Positions 1-7,478 of a stretch of DNA of 64,000 nucleotides are shown in pieces (position 1 is the stretch's first letter; the number at the start of each line of letters is the position of its first letter). Below the pieces are notes generated by a model. It was not told the origin of the DNA. It worked only from the letters and a program-made list of their open reading frames with translations, and did no database searches. Source of the DNA: Rhodospirillaceae bacterium. GTDB taxonomy: Bacteria > Pseudomonadota > Gammaproteobacteria > Steroidobacterales > Rariloculaceae. The DNA is taken from positions 8,750-72,749 of the forward strand of contig JBBIJV010000001.1 in NCBI GenBank assembly GCA_037445815.1, given 5' to 3'. The translations under genes were made by a program, and so were the position numbers.

Positions 1-1193
1 ACGAGCGCGTACTCGCCGGGGCCGAGCGGCATCTTCGGCACGACGCGATATTGGCCGCGGCCGAGCCGCGTGCTCTCCGTGAGGACGCTCTCCTCGATGA
101 TCGGGCCGCGCGGCAGCGCATCCGTGCTCGCGCCATCCGTCTCGGCCGCGGCGACGAGACGATAATTGTCCTTCGTCGGCACGAGCTGCACGATGGCCGG
201 CTGATAGCGATCGGGGTCGACGCCGGGGATGTGCGCGTAGTCGATCTCGAACACCGGCGAGACGTCGAGCACGCGCGAGCTTTGCGTCGCCGCGAGTGCC
301 CACACCGCGGTGCCCTCTTCATCGGGCCGAAAGAGGCTGCCGAGCGTCGACGCGATACCGCTGACGGCGGGATTCGCGAACGCGAGCGCCTGGCTCGCCA
401 GTCCCTGGAGGTTCTTGATCCGCTCGCCGCGCCGGCTGCCGCCGCCCGTGATCGCGACTTGCGCGATCGTCGGAGCGATCTCGGCTCGCTCCGTTTGTTG
501 AATCAACCATACGCGCGGCGCAGGCGTCGCACGCGACGCGGGCGGCTCCGGAGCGCGCCGTGCTTTGAGCGCCTCCTCTTGCTGTTCGGCAAGCTGCTGA
601 ATCATTTCGGTGAGCCGCGCGTATTCGATCGAAGCTTGCGTCTCGGCGAGCTCCGCAGCCGTGGGCTGGCGTTCCGCGGGACGGTTCTGCGCTTCCTCGG
701 CGTCGATCATCGCCTCGATGACGGGCTCGGAGACGCCGGCGAGCTTCAAAGCCACCAGCGCGCGCGGCGACAGATCGAACGCGACGGGGTTGGCGCCGAT
801 GATGGAGATGATCGTCGAGTCGCTGAACTCGGCCTCGACCATCGCCTGCACGTCGGCGTTGCTCATGCCGGGAGGCTGATCCGCCGTTTCCGCAGCCGCG
901 CGAGCGCCGCCGGGCTCCGCGGCGGGGGATGCGGATTCGCCCACGGCCTCGTGGCGCAACGGCGCGAGCTCTCCCGCGGACGGCGCCGGCGCGAACGGCG
1001 GCGCCGGCTCGTCGAGGGACGGCACGGGCTCTTCGGCAGAAGCCGCGGACTCTTCGGCGAACGGTGCGGGGCGCTCGTAGCTCTCGACGCCGGCGTCGCT
1101 CTGCGCCTTTGCGCTCGTGAGCGGCGCGCAAAGCGCCGCCACCGCCACGAAGGCGAGCAGTTGCCAATGTCCCGTTGGCAGCACGTGTTCCAT
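1..1193 (-). CDS. Secreted hypothetical protein; the 3' end runs off the left edge of the window (partial)
   Basis: Absent from the track because there is no stop inside the window. My own translation from the ATG at 1193 reads MEHVLPTGHWQLLAFVAVAALCAPLTSAKAQSDAGVESYERPAPF...SDSTIISIIGANPVAFDLSPRALVALKLAGVSEPVIEAMIDAEE...YRVVPKMPLGPGEYALV and stays open to base 1. It has a signal-peptide-like N terminus and normal composition, unlike the Arg-rich overlapping track ORFs 51..1199(+) and 319..1197(-). Confidence 0.55.
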   Translation of the reverse strand, partial: MEHVLPTGHWQLLAFVAVAALCAPLTSAKAQSDAGVESYERPAPFAEESAASAEEPVPSLDEPAPPFAPAPSAGELAPLRHEAVGESASPAAEPGGARAAAETADQPPGMSNADVQAMVEAEFSDSTIISIIGANPVAFDLSPRALVALKLAGVSEPVIEAMIDAEEAQNRPAERQPTAAELAETQASIEYARLTEMIQQLAEQQEEALKARRAPEPPASRATPAPRVWLIQQTERAEIAPTIAQVAITGGGSRRGERIKNLQGLASQALAFANPAVSGIASTLGSLFRPDEEGTAVWALAATQSSRVLDVSPVFEIDYAHIPGVDPDRYQPAIVQLVPTKDNYRLVAAAETDGASTDALPRGPIIEESVLTESTRLGRGQYRVVPKMPLGPGEYAL

Positions 1194-1358
1194 CCATGAG
1201 CCGCGAAAGCGCTCATGCTATCGGCCGTTACGCTCGGCCCGCAACCCCGCGCTCGAGAACGTCGCCGATCGGCGACGCGCGAGGAGTATATAATCGCGCG
1301 CAGGTCGCCGGCCTTTCGACGACGCGATTCGACAGCAACAACACGAAGGTGACGAACC

Positions 1359-1796
1359 ATGGCGAAGTATTCCGGGGGATGCGAGCACGTCCACACGAGC
1401 TCGGACAAGGAGCCGATCGATAATCACGTTTGCCACTGCTCGGTGTGCAAGCGCGTAACGGGGCAACCCACGACGCACGTGGTGTTCTTCAACCACGGCG
1501 ATCTCAAGGTCGACAACATGGCGGGGCTGAAGCGCCAGCCGTTCAACGATCAGAATCCGAAAGGGCCGCTCGAGCTTTGCACGTGCGCGCAGTGCGGCAA
1601 GCCGATCATGCTCGACGACAAGCAGAAGCGCATCCGCGTGATCGTGCCGAACCTGATGGGCCACTCGAAGATCGCGAACCCGAGCTACCATGCGTTCTAC
1701 GACCCGAAGTCGGGCGTCAAGAAGCCGTCCGACGGCCGGCCCGTCTACGAAGGGCTGCGCCCCGACTTCGTCTGGCCGAAAGGGGTACCGGCTTAG
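1359..1796 (+). CDS. GFA (glutathione-dependent formaldehyde-activating / CENP-V-like) family zinc-binding protein
   Basis: 145 aa. The cysteine pairs CHCSVCKR and CTCAQCG are characteristic of the GFA fold. Composition is normal. Confidence 0.75.
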   Translation: MAKYSGGCEHVHTSSDKEPIDNHVCHCSVCKRVTGQPTTHVVFFNHGDLKVDNMAGLKRQPFNDQNPKGPLELCTCAQCGKPIMLDDKQKRIRVIVPNLMGHSKIANPSYHAFYDPKSGVKKPSDGRPVYEGLRPDFVWPKGVPA

Positions 1797-1951
1797 CGAG
1801 CTTTCGCACACCACGCTCGCACCTGCGGGCGTGGTTGTCCGGCGGCGCCGCGCGACATCGCCCGCGCTAGACTGCGGCCCTGGACACTCTCGGCCCGCGG
1901 CATGACGATAACGAGCACGTTCGTCATCCACCTCGATCGCCGGAGTCCGTC

Positions 1952-2305
1952 ATGCGAATCAGAATCGCCGCAATCGCCGTGAGCGCGCTCGTCTTTTCGT
2001 CGTCGACCGCACCGGCCCAGGAAGCGCTGATCCCCCAATTGAGCTTCGCCGCCATCAGCGCGCGCCATCCGTCCGTGCGAATGTCGGATGCCGAGATCGC
2101 ACGGCTGCGTGCCGAGGGCGAATGCCTCGCCGGCATCAAGGCGCTCGGCAGCCTGCCGATGGAGCAGTTTCAGCCGAACATCGAGTGGCTGAACATCCGC
2201 ACGCAGGCGATGCTGGCGCTCGCGCGGCCCTGCGAGGTGCTCACGATGCTCGAGGCCGCGCACGACGCGCTCGGGACGTCGAACGCACCGAAGCTCAGGG
2301 AGTAG
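1952..2305 (+). CDS. Hypothetical secreted protein
   Basis: 117 aa with a signal-peptide-like start, MRIRIAAIAVSALVFSSSTAPAQE. I recognise no family. Confidence 0.4.
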   Translation: MRIRIAAIAVSALVFSSSTAPAQEALIPQLSFAAISARHPSVRMSDAEIARLRAEGECLAGIKALGSLPMEQFQPNIEWLNIRTQAMLALARPCEVLTMLEAAHDALGTSNAPKLRE

Positions 2306-2367
2306 CGGGATCTTCGTCGCCGGAAGCGCCGAGCGGACCCAAGAAAATCCACTCCGCCGCGGAATTT

Positions 2368-3204
2368 TCAGAGCGGCCGGCGACGGAACTGCCACGCCGC
2401 GAACGCGAGGACTCCGGCGATGAATAGCACCGTCCACACGATCATCGCGGCGCTCGGCACGGAGGCGACGCCGAACGGCCCGGCTTGGAAGACCACGGCC
2501 GTCAGAGGCTGTAGCTCGTACGCGGCGCGGCGCCACATCGCGTCCGAAGGGCTCACGAGGCTCACGACCGTGCCGACGTAGCGCGCCGTCGTGTTCTGAA
2601 ACAGGCTCAGGATCTGCTCGATCCAGCCCGCGATGAACGCGACGCCGTAGAAGCCGAATGCCACGATGCCGTTCGTGATTGTGGAAAGCCGCACGCCGCC
2701 CGCGATCGTGATCGTGAGCATCACGGCCGCGCCGAGCAGCATGAGCGCGAGCGGCGCAACGACGGCCGGCGCCGTGAAGTCCGCGAACGCGCGCATCGTG
2801 AGCAGCACGCCGCCGCCGAGCAGCGCGAGGTAGGCGGCCGTCATTGCGAGGTAGGCGAGCCACTTGCCGACGACGATCGCCGCGCGGTCGATCGGCTTCG
2901 ACGCGAGCGTTTGGATTACGCCGGAGCCGATCTCGCCGGAGAGCGAGTCGATCGGCAGCAGGATCGCAACGGCGGTCACGAGGAAATTCACCACGTAGAG
3001 GCCCGCGACGGTCAAGACGGTCGCAGCGATGCGCATCTCGACGGGATTGGTGCCGCCTTGCGCCTCGGCAATGCGAAAACCGTGGTACATCGCCGTCGCG
3101 AACACAGCGAGGAACAAGAGGCCGCAGACGAGCGCCGCGAGCGCGATGCGGCGCCGGCGCGTCTCGAGCCAGGTCAGCCGGGCGATCAGCAACGTCCCGC
3201 GCAT
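2368..3204 (-). CDS. ABC-2 type transporter permease
   Basis: 278 aa and polytopic, with about 6 hydrophobic segments. It starts 4 nt after the stop of the ABC ATPase gene, and its N terminus MRGTLLIARLTWLETRRRRIALAALVCGLLFLAVF is typical of ABC-2 permeases. Confidence 0.75.
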   Translation of the reverse strand: MRGTLLIARLTWLETRRRRIALAALVCGLLFLAVFATAMYHGFRIAEAQGGTNPVEMRIAATVLTVAGLYVVNFLVTAVAILLPIDSLSGEIGSGVIQTLASKPIDRAAIVVGKWLAYLAMTAAYLALLGGGVLLTMRAFADFTAPAVVAPLALMLLGAAVMLTITIAGGVRLSTITNGIVAFGFYGVAFIAGWIEQILSLFQNTTARYVGTVVSLVSPSDAMWRRAAYELQPLTAVVFQAGPFGVASVPSAAMIVWTVLFIAGVLAFAAWQFRRRPL

Positions 3205-3208
3205 GTCT

Positions 3209-4126
3209 TCAACCCGGCCTCTGGTCGTCGCCCATGACCTCGACGAACCACTCCTCGAGCGTCTTGCGGCGGCAGCGAAGCTCGTAGAGCGCGGCGCCGC
3301 GGCCGACGAGCCACCGCGCGAGCTCCGGCAGCACGTTCTCGGCGTGGGCGTGCAGGCGCACGAGAGCGCCGTCGCGCGTGACTCCGCTGCCGAACGCGGC
3401 CAGCCCTTCGAGCAGCGCCTCGTCGGCGCCGCCCAAGCGCAGCTCCACGTCGAGCGTGCCTTCGGCGCTCGCGAGCGTAAGCTCGTGCACGACGCGGCCG
3501 TTCTTCACGAAAGCCACGCGATCGCAGGTGGCCTCCACTTCGCCGAGCAGATGCGAGTTCAGGAACACCGTGGCGCCGCCGGCGCGCAGCTCCTCGATCA
3601 CGTCGCGCACGAGCAGACGGCCGAGCGGATCGAGGCCCGACGTCGGCTCGTCGAGGAACACGAGCTGCGGCTCGCCGAGCAGCGCGGCCGCGAGGCCGGC
3701 GCGCTGCGTCATGCCTTTGCTGTAGGTACGCAGCGGCCGGTGGCCCGCGTCGTCGAGCCCGACGCGCAGCAGCAGCGCCTCGATGCGCGTCTCGAGCCCG
3801 CGCCTCGGGAGACCGAGGAGACGCCCGTGGAAATACAGGAGCTCGCGCGCGTTCAAGCAGTCGTGAAAGCGAAAGTGCTCGGGCAGGAAGCCGATGCGCG
3901 CGCGAGCCTCGGTATTGCCGAGCGGCGCGCCGAGCACGGTGCCGCTGCCCGACGTCGGCGGCACGAGGCCGAGCAGCAGCTTCAGCGACGTGGTCTTGCC
4001 GGCCCCGTTCGGCCCCAAAAAGCCGAAAACCTCGCCGCGCGGCACGGCGAGGGACAAACCCGCTACCGCGACGTTGCGGCCGAACTCGCGCCGCAACGCC
4101 GCGGTCTCGATTGCGTATTCGGGCAT
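3209..4126 (-). CDS. ABC transporter ATP-binding protein
   Basis: 305 aa. It has Walker A GPNGAGKTT, a signature-like YSKGMTQR, and Walker B LVFLDEPTSGLD. It directly abuts the upstream gene (4127). Confidence 0.9.
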   Translation of the reverse strand: MPEYAIETAALRREFGRNVAVAGLSLAVPRGEVFGFLGPNGAGKTTSLKLLLGLVPPTSGSGTVLGAPLGNTEARARIGFLPEHFRFHDCLNARELLYFHGRLLGLPRRGLETRIEALLLRVGLDDAGHRPLRTYSKGMTQRAGLAAALLGEPQLVFLDEPTSGLDPLGRLLVRDVIEELRAGGATVFLNSHLLGEVEATCDRVAFVKNGRVVHELTLASAEGTLDVELRLGGADEALLEGLAAFGSGVTRDGALVRLHAHAENVLPELARWLVGRGAALYELRCRRKTLEEWFVEVMGDDQRPG

Positions 4127-5107
4127 CTATTGCAGAGTTTGCGCGATCTCGAGCAGCTCCGCGCCGTTGAGGGGACCGGCCACGGCGAACGACTGGCCGC
4201 CCGCCGACCACATCAGCACGCTGCCGGGGCTATCTTGGTCGCGCACGCGCGACTCGATCAAGAGGCCCTCGTTGCCGGACACGTTGACGGGGCGATACCC
4301 GACGGCTTGCGACGGCACGGGCACGATCAACGTCGAGCGCCAGTCGATCGTGACGGACATGCGATAAGCCTCGTCGCGCGGCATGCCGAGCACACGCAAC
4401 GCAGCGTAGGCGAGCTGCGACAGATCGACGCCGGCCGGGAACGTCACTTCGGGGCTGCGGCCCTGGATAACGTGGATGGCTAGCTCGCCGGACGTGAACC
4501 GCTGCGTGACGACGGGCGACACGTGCACCGTGACGGGTTGGCCGTCGAGACCCACGGGCAGCTCCACGTCGGCGAGGCCGAGCGTGTCGAGCAGCGCCTG
4601 AAGGCCGGCCGTTTTCAACGCGACGGTCGCCGTCACCTCCGGCGTCCCGACGATCTCGGCGCTCGTGAATCCCGGCGGCAGCCACGCCGGCGTCAGCACG
4701 TCGATGCCCGCGGCAGCGCCGGCATCGGCCGTCGTCGCATACGAGACATGCTCGGCAATCCCGTTCAGATCGAGCTCGAAGCTGCCGATCAGCGAGGACG
4801 GATCGAAGCCGCTCGACTCGAGCGCGCGAAACCGCTCGACGTCGACCTCGATGCCCGTGAACTGCGTGACGCGGAAGAGATTCAAGAACGCCTGCGCCGC
4901 CACCTGCACGGGCGGCAGGGTGAACGCGAACCCCACGACGGCGATCGACGCCGCCGCGGCGAGCCACTTGCGCACGCGGGCTGGAGGCGCGATGCGCGCG
5001 ACGGCGCTGGGGGGGAGGGTGCGCAGCGTCGCGCGCAATCGCGCTGCAAACTCGGCGTCCGGCTGCTTCTTCAGATCGCGAAGGAATTGATCGTCCATCG
5101 TCGGCAC
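4127..5107 (-). CDS. Membrane-anchored regulatory protein, putative anti-sigma factor
   Basis: It lies 9 nt downstream of the ECF sigma gene. There is a single TM segment (WLAAAASIAVVGFAF) after a short cytoplasmic N terminus, then a large extracytoplasmic domain. The track start at 5107 is GTG; an ATG at 5098 (MDDQFLRDL), preceded by GAGGTG, is an equally good start. No zf-HC2 motif was seen, so the anti-sigma role is inferred from position only. Confidence 0.55.
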   Translation of the reverse strand: MPTMDDQFLRDLKKQPDAEFAARLRATLRTLPPSAVARIAPPARVRKWLAAAASIAVVGFAFTLPPVQVAAQAFLNLFRVTQFTGIEVDVERFRALESSGFDPSSLIGSFELDLNGIAEHVSYATTADAGAAAGIDVLTPAWLPPGFTSAEIVGTPEVTATVALKTAGLQALLDTLGLADVELPVGLDGQPVTVHVSPVVTQRFTSGELAIHVIQGRSPEVTFPAGVDLSQLAYAALRVLGMPRDEAYRMSVTIDWRSTLIVPVPSQAVGYRPVNVSGNEGLLIESRVRDQDSPGSVLMWSAGGQSFAVAGPLNGAELLEIAQTLQ

Positions 5108-5116
5108 CTCGATTCT

Positions 5117-5647
5117 TTACCAGTCGCGGCGCAACGCCTGCACGGCTCGGTGCAGGATCGTGCCCACGTTCGATTCGCTCAAACCCGTGAGCTCGGCGAT
5201 GGCGCGATTCGTGGCCTCGGCGCCGTACTTCAGCGCCACGAGCTCTTGCTCGCGCAGCGGAAGCTTCTCGAGCAGCGCGGCGAGGCGGGCGAGATCCGAC
5301 TCCCTCGACACCTCGTCGTGGGGAGTGCCGGGCGCGGCCACCTCTTCCGCCGCGTCGAGCGGCAGATGCGCCCGCTGCGCGCGCAGATGGTCCGTCGCGA
5401 CATTGCGCGCGATGCTGAGCAGCCACGTGGAGAAACCCGCCACGTCGCGCCGGTACCTTGCGCGCGCCGACCAGGCCTTCTCGAACGTACGTGATGTCAA
5501 ATCTTCCGCGAGCGCCTCGTTGCCGAGGCGGTAGCGGAGGAAGTTGTAAACGCGCGGCAGCTGCTCCGTGAACACCGCGTCCCAATCGGGCTCGGCGGCC
5601 GCGATGCCAAAGAGCAGTGGTTTCGGAAGCTCGCCTTCGATTGCCAT
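5117..5647 (-). CDS. ECF (sigma-70 family) RNA polymerase sigma factor
   Basis: The C-terminal 176 aa of track ORF 5117..5971 reads MAIEGELPKP...FTEQLPRVYNFLRYRLGNEALAEDLTSRTFEKAW (region 2) ... LPLREQELVALKYGAEATNRAIAELTGLSESNVGTILHRAVQALR (region 4 HTH). The start is set at ATG 5647; the 108 upstream codons are Cys/Arg-rich shadow. Confidence 0.85.
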   Translation of the reverse strand: MAIEGELPKPLLFGIAAAEPDWDAVFTEQLPRVYNFLRYRLGNEALAEDLTSRTFEKAWSARARYRRDVAGFSTWLLSIARNVATDHLRAQRAHLPLDAAEEVAAPGTPHDEVSRESDLARLAALLEKLPLREQELVALKYGAEATNRAIAELTGLSESNVGTILHRAVQALRRDW

Positions 5648-5792
5648 CGGAGCAATATACGGGCGGCGCGAGCGGGTATCACGCGCGCGCTTCCGACGCT
5701 CCGAGCCCGAGCGCCCGGATGCCGCTTGATCGAAATTGCGCTGCCGGCGCCAAATGCTCGAGTCGTTCACGTGCACGCCGGAGGCATCGAAC

Positions 5793-6188
5793 ATGGAGCA
5801 GCGAACCGTCAACCCTTGGAAATGGCAGGACCAGTACGGCTTCTCGCAAGCCGTCGAAACGACGAGCGCGAGCCGCGTGCTGTACTGCGCCGGCCAGGCG
5901 TCCGTCGACGAGAACGGCACGCCGGTGCACGCGGGCGACATGCGCAAGCAGATCGAGCAGGCGTTCGACAACCTCGAGACGGTGTTGAAGGCGGCCGGCT
6001 ACAGCCTCGCGAACGTCGTGCGGCTCAACTACTACACGACGGACATCGACGGCTTCCTCCGCGCATCCGACGTCGTCGGCGCTCGGCTCGCCGCGGCCAA
6101 GTGCCAGCCGCCCGGCACGCTGCTCGGCGTTTCGAAGCTCGCGTTCCCCGGGCTCATGATCGAGATGGAGGCGACGGCCGCGAAGTGA
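5793..6188 (+). CDS. RidA/YjgF/TdcF family reactive-intermediate deaminase
   Basis: MEQRTVNPWKW...VLYCAGQASVDENGTPVHAGDMRKQIEQAFDNLETVLKAAGYSLANVVRLNYYTTD...GLMIEMEATA matches the RidA family layout. The start is set at internal ATG 5793 of track ORF 5736..6188. Confidence 0.85.
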   Translation: MEQRTVNPWKWQDQYGFSQAVETTSASRVLYCAGQASVDENGTPVHAGDMRKQIEQAFDNLETVLKAAGYSLANVVRLNYYTTDIDGFLRASDVVGARLAAAKCQPPGTLLGVSKLAFPGLMIEMEATAAK

Positions 6189-6359
6189 CGGCCCCGGGGC
6201 CCGTCCCGGAACCGAGATTTCGCGTCCCGGCCCCGGAACACGACCGTACCCTGGCGTACGCACACCGAGCGCCCGCGTAGCGCAGAATCAATGCGTTAGC
6301 TCGGTCGCCACGGCCGGCACGATCCGTGCGTATAGCGACGCGAACGCAAGGGAGGTTCG

Positions 6360-6737
6360 ATGGGCGTAAAGACGTTTTCGCCGTTGCTCGGTGCGGTTTG
6401 GCTCGTTCTTCCGTTCGCCGCCGGAGCACATCATTCGCCGGCGATGTTCGATCCCTCGAAGCAGCTGACGCTGACGGGAACAGTCCGCGAGTTTCAGTGG
6501 ACGAACCCGCACAGCTACATCCAGCTCGTCGTGACATCCGACGACGGCGCGGAGCAAGAGTGGAGCCTCGAGATGGGCGCCAACGTCTATCTCTATAACT
6601 TAGGCTGGCGGCCGTCGACGGTGAAGACCGGCGACACGCTGACGGCCACCGTGATTGCGCTGCGCAACGGCGAACCCGGCGGGCTGCTCGTCGAGGCGCG
6701 GACGGCCGACGGCAAATCGCTGGGAGCGAACCCATGA
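6360..6737 (+). CDS. Small secreted HH-NPH protein (module copy a; probably the family annotated DUF6152)
   Basis: 125 aa. The signal peptide ends AAGA, followed by HHSPAMFD...TLTGTVREFQWTNPH. It is a paralog of 11459 (N-terminal domain), 27978..28412(-) and 57615..57995. Its stop overlaps the next start (ATGA at 6734-6737). Confidence 0.7.
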   Translation: MGVKTFSPLLGAVWLVLPFAAGAHHSPAMFDPSKQLTLTGTVREFQWTNPHSYIQLVVTSDDGAEQEWSLEMGANVYLYNLGWRPSTVKTGDTLTATVIALRNGEPGGLLVEARTADGKSLGANP

Positions 6738-7471
6738 ACGTCTCGCGAAGGATCGCGGTGCACGCTTCGTTTTGCGCCGCATTCGCCATGGCGTGCGGCG
6801 TCGCGCCGGCGGCGCTGCACGCGCAGTCGTTGCCGGACTGGAGCGGCTACTGGATCGGCGAAGGCCTCGAGGCGCAGATCTCGGGCTTTCCCGAAGGCGG
6901 CGACTACAAGCTGCTCGGGCAAACCGCGCCCTGGAACGAAGAAGGCCGCGCGCGCGTCACGGCGGCGAGCCGCCGCAGCGCGGATCAGAAAGCCAACGGC
7001 TGGGGCTATCCGCTGATGATGAACTCCGCCGCGCCGCTGCAGTTCCTGGTCACGCCGCGCGAGACGCTCATCGTCAACGTGTACCGCGACGTGCGGCACG
7101 TCTATACCGACGGCCGCGCCTTGCCAGCCGAAGAAGATCGTTGGCCGACGACGTGGGGCGAGTCCGTCGGCCGCTGGGAAGGCGACACGCTCGTCATCGA
7201 AACCGTTTCGGTCAGAAATCCGAACCGCTACTTCTTTTCGTCGCCGCCGTTGTCCGAGCAGGCGCGCTACGTCGAGCGTTTGCGCAAGGCGGGCCCGGAT
7301 CGCATCGAATCCGTCATGACGATCGAGGATCCCGTCACGCTCTCGGCGCCATGGGTGGTCAATCTCGCTTACACGCGCGCGGCGGGGCTCGATCGCATGA
7401 TCCACGACGATTACGACAACGACCGCAGCGTGGTCGAGAACGGCTTGTTCACGATCGTGCCGGACGAGTGA
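6734..7471 (+). CDS. Secreted partner protein of the HH-NPH module (copy a)
   Basis: 245 aa with a signal peptide. It carries the conserved blocks GESVGRWEGDTLVIETV and YVERLRKAGPDRIESVMTIEDPVTLSAPW, shared with 28420..29169(-), 58010..58780 and the C-terminal domain of 11459..12634. Confidence 0.65.
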   Translation: MNVSRRIAVHASFCAAFAMACGVAPAALHAQSLPDWSGYWIGEGLEAQISGFPEGGDYKLLGQTAPWNEEGRARVTAASRRSADQKANGWGYPLMMNSAAPLQFLVTPRETLIVNVYRDVRHVYTDGRALPAEEDRWPTTWGESVGRWEGDTLVIETVSVRNPNRYFFSSPPLSEQARYVERLRKAGPDRIESVMTIEDPVTLSAPWVVNLAYTRAAGLDRMIHDDYDNDRSVVENGLFTIVPDE

Positions 7472-7478
7472 GGTCGCG

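Noticed and set aside
5648-5792. An ECF-type autoregulated promoter (GGAAC-N16/17-CGTC) upstream of the sigma factor gene.
   Set aside because: Only loose matches such as GGAAGC and TGAACG are present, at unsuitable spacing. No confident call is possible.
6189-6359. GC-rich partial palindromes (GACGGCCCCGGGGCCCGTC and repeated CCCGGAAC) after ridA could form a terminator or regulatory element upstream of module copy a.
   Set aside because: The dyad is imperfect and has essentially no loop. No U-tract follows. Such G/C runs are common in this sequence.
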